Positions 60,814-64,000 of a stretch of DNA of 64,000 nt are shown one piece after another (positions within the stretch are counted from its first letter, which is position 1; each line of letters starts with the position of its first letter). A program made the position numbers and the translations under genes. Under the pieces are notes generated by a model that was given only the letters and a program-made list of their open reading frames with translations, made no database searches and was not told the DNA's origin. Location of the stretch: the NCBI GenBank assembly GCA_029717555.1, contig JAMDHS010000052.1:1-64000 (forward strand). Direction: 5' to 3'. The DNA comes from Peribolospora baueri (Eukaryota).

Positions 60814-62870
60814 TTACACCCCTCCGTCCGCCCTGAGCCAGTCAAAGTCCGCTCCCTGGTGAGCCTGCAGCACGGATCTTTTATACTGGCCCCGATAGCC
60901 GCGCTCCGGTTTCCTATTCGATGAGTGCGACGACTGCCAAACCTCGAGTCGTTTGTGAAGCTCCGCCTCATCGACTTCGAGGCGAATCGACCGCTTCTGA
61001 GCATCTACCGCGATCACGTCGCCGTCTCGCACCACCGCCAACGGCCCGCCCACAGCGGCCTCAGGGGAGATGTGAAGGACGACGGCTCCCTCTGCTGTGC
61101 CACTCATGCGACCGTCGCTAATACGGAGCATGTCCTTGACGCCCATCCTTCCCAACTTGCGCGGGATGGGGATAAGCCCCGCTTCCGGCATGCCAGGATG
61201 ACCGACGGGCCCAATGTTCTGCAGGACGAGTACAGAGTCGCCCGTCACCGGCAAGTCTTCGTTGTCTATTCGAGCCGCAAGGTCAGCTGCCGAGGAGAAG
61301 ACGATGGCTGGACCACGGTGCAAGCGCAGGGCCGGGGACGCAGCCGACTGCTTGAAAACGCATCCATGCGGCGCGAGGTTGCCGCGCAGCACCACGACAG
61401 CTCCAGCGGGAAAGAGCGGGTCGGAAAGGGGCCTTACGATCGACTGAGGGAACGACCGAGGGCAACGTTCGAGCTCCTCGCCAAGCGACCGCCCGGTCAC
61501 CGTCATCGCCGAAAGATCCAAGAGCGGTGCCAGCGATCGCAAGAGCGTGGGAACGCCTCCAGCCTTTGCAAAATCCTCCATATACGCCTCTCCGGAGGGT
61601 TTGAGATCAACAAGCAGCGGTGTCTTTTTGGAAATGACGTCCACATCGTCCAAAGTCAAGTCGAGACCTGGTATTCTTCCCGCGATGGCGAGCAAATGCA
61701 CTATCGCATTCGTGGAACCTCCCAGGGCTTGAAGAACCGTGATGGCGTTCTCGAAGTTGGCGCGCTTGAGAATCGTTTGCGGGCCCAAGCGAGTCAAGGC
61801 GAGCTTGACTGCAAGCTTGCCTGTCTCTTCGCCGACACGCAGGCGCGCTGAGGAAACGGCTGACGGAGTCGCTGAACCTAGAGGCATCATCCCCATTGCT
61901 TCGGCGATGCAGGCCATGGTCGATGCGGTGCCTAGCGTACGGGGGGAAATCAGCTTTGTGGTGCTGACAGTAACTTTATCGAACGAGCTTACCCATCACA
62001 CCGCAGGTCTGTGCACAACAGCAACATCGAGACGATTAGCCAAACAGAACGCAGCAACGAGTTCCTCAGCGGCTCTTCAACTTCTCCGCCGATTCACGGC
62101 CACTCCAACCGTCATCTGTACCCACCCCGACGCCAGGCACAAGCTCACTGTTGACCCGCCAAATTTCTTCTACGTCGATCTCTCCCGCGCGGTAGTTCTT
62201 CCAGTATGAGCGACAATCGGTGCAGGCGCCTATCCTCTTTCCCTCGTGCGAACCTGTGAGCATTGGCCCGGTCACGAGTTGAATGGCCGGCATGTCTGCG
62301 GAAACGGCGCCCATGAGCTGAGCGGGCACCGTCTTGTCGCATCCACCGACGAGCACGACGGCGTCCATGGGCTGTGCTCGGATCATCTCCTCTGTGTCGA
62401 TACTCATCAGGTTGCGCAGGAACATGGAAGTCGGATGCGAGAAGCTCTCATGGAGAGAGATGGTGGGAAAAGGAACTGGCAACGCTCCAGACAGCAGGAT
62501 GCCCCGTTCGACGGCCTTGATTAGCGTGGGCACATTGCCGTGACATGGGTTGAAGCTCGAACTCGTGTCGACTATGCCGATGATGGGGCGGTCTAGAGCG
62601 TCGTCGGAGAGTCCCGCTCCTTTGATGAATGCTTTACGGAGGAAGAGCGAGAACTCGTCATCGCCGCTAGAGATCAATAGCCGAGACAGTGAAGGTGATA
62701 TTTCGCAAGTTCGATACTGTCAAGCAACACTCTTCCGCGTCGCGTCGCCAAGTAGCCGATGGGCACAGGGTTCCCGTCTTTACTCACTAAGACGCCAGGT
62801 TCGATCGCAGCCCGTTACTCCGCGATTGCGATGGGTCTGCCTCTTGACTTTCCGTGATAGAAAGCTCCAT
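60814..62870 (-). CDS. IlvD/Edd-family dihydroxy-acid / sugar-acid dehydratase, 4 exons
   Basis: GLRSNLASY^GDDEFSLFLRK, NPCH, GGCDKTVPA, TCGVMGTASTM, GGSTNA, GPVGHPGMPE and ISDGRMSGT; 16-nt microexon 61993-62008. Confidence 0.95.
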
Positions 62871-63065
62871 TGTGACTTCAGCTGAGGACGTTCAGAGAGC
62901 CGAAGCGGAAGAGTGACCAGTCGGAGCAAGGAGGCGACGGGATACACCGCAATATGCGGGGAAGTATATAGCAGATCGTCGGACGCCGGCCCGAAGACGC
63001 CGATGCGAGCGGGCGGTTCATAAGAAGATCGGTAAAAGACATTGGATAAATGAAGGCAACCGGAT

Positions 63066-64000
63066 GCTTATCGCGCTACAAGGCTCGCGCTGCACCTGTA
63101 AACCATTGCTGTTCCCTCTGCTGCTCCCGGAACCTCCGCCGCTCCCTAAACTGCCGTGTCGCCTCTGCGGCCTTCTCCTCGAGCCACTCGCAGCCATCGC
63201 GCCACTCGCAATTCCTGTTTCCGGGCGCCCGATGCATCGAACAAAATGGAATGATGAGACGACGGGATGAATGAGGAGACGTTGAACTTCCACACGAACG
63301 TACAGACCAGAAGACCTACTGGCATCGGATGGTATCCTCAACGCTAACCCCCCGCAACGGACGTTCTTCCATCCAAAACTGCAGCACATCGACGAGGTGC
63401 GCTTCCAAGGCGTCGTGATCATACACGAAAATGTCGCTACCGATGATGCGAGAGCTCGGGACAAAGGCTGATTCGGAGTCGCTGTCGCTGCCGGGCGGCT
63501 TGAGGTGAACCGAGGCAGATGAGGACGGATCGCTCTCGTTCGTTGGAGTGGGTGGAGATGGAATAGGGATGACTGGGAGCCGTGGTACGGTTGCTTTGGC
63601 CGCAAGGCGTACAGAGCGCCGCCGATCGCTTGGTCCTGGTTGCCCATGCTCCGAAGGCTCGTCTTGTCCGCCCGGGGCTACATCTGGTCGATTCGATGGC
63701 CCAGTGCCTGCCGCACTCGGCTTGCCTTCTTCTACCGCTTTCTGCAACGCTGTCTCGGAAGTTGTCGTCGCCGCTGGCGTCAATACCCCTGAAAGATTGG
63801 CATCGACCATCGCCACGTCCGCGTCTAACTCCATTGAAGCGTCCAACTGGGGTCCGTCCGTCCCGTCCGAAGTGGCAATCGTGGAGGGAGGTCGGAGATG
63901 AATGGTATGATCTTCCACGCCTGGACCAGACTGACCCGAACTGGTCAACAGATGCGCAAGGGCCTCCTTCTTCTGCTCGCCGGTGGACGCTGCATCAACG
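63066..64000 (-). CDS. 3' part of a hypothetical protein running off the window
   Basis: Frame open from the window edge to ~63316, with a possible further exon; no family recognised. Confidence 0.4.

Overview
Eukaryotic, GC-rich, intron-dense fungal DNA, most likely a basidiomycete (GTGAGT/GTGCGT donors, CTGAC/CTAAC branch points, microexons). The left ~27 kb is a rearranged accessory zone. A block carrying a 7-TM-like gene and a Prp24/SART3 gene is duplicated in direct orientation (~3.4-10.0 kb and ~18.6-27.0 kb). Between the copies lie a disrupted multidomain RNA-repair gene (2H phosphoesterase + CX5R phosphatase + P-loop kinase + ATP-dependent RNA ligase) and a patchwork of gene fragments (mitochondrial nad2 NUMT, 45-aa TPR array, Spo7, kinase-like, MFS). 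The middle holds apparently intact genes: Ulp2-like SUMO protease, malic enzyme, MFS transporter, a FAM72-like protein split by long insertions and a giant PH-domain protein, plus a PIF/Harbinger relic. At the right end a DUF3500 gene and an IlvD/Edd dehydratase converge on a TE nest. The nest holds an RT-less Ty1/Copia relic with ~60-67 bp LTR-like repeats, a ~720-bp near-perfect palindrome that resembles the 5' end of a Penelope-like element, and a Ty3/Gypsy RNase H fragment. All calls come from motif recognition by eye; exon boundaries not stated explicitly are approximate.
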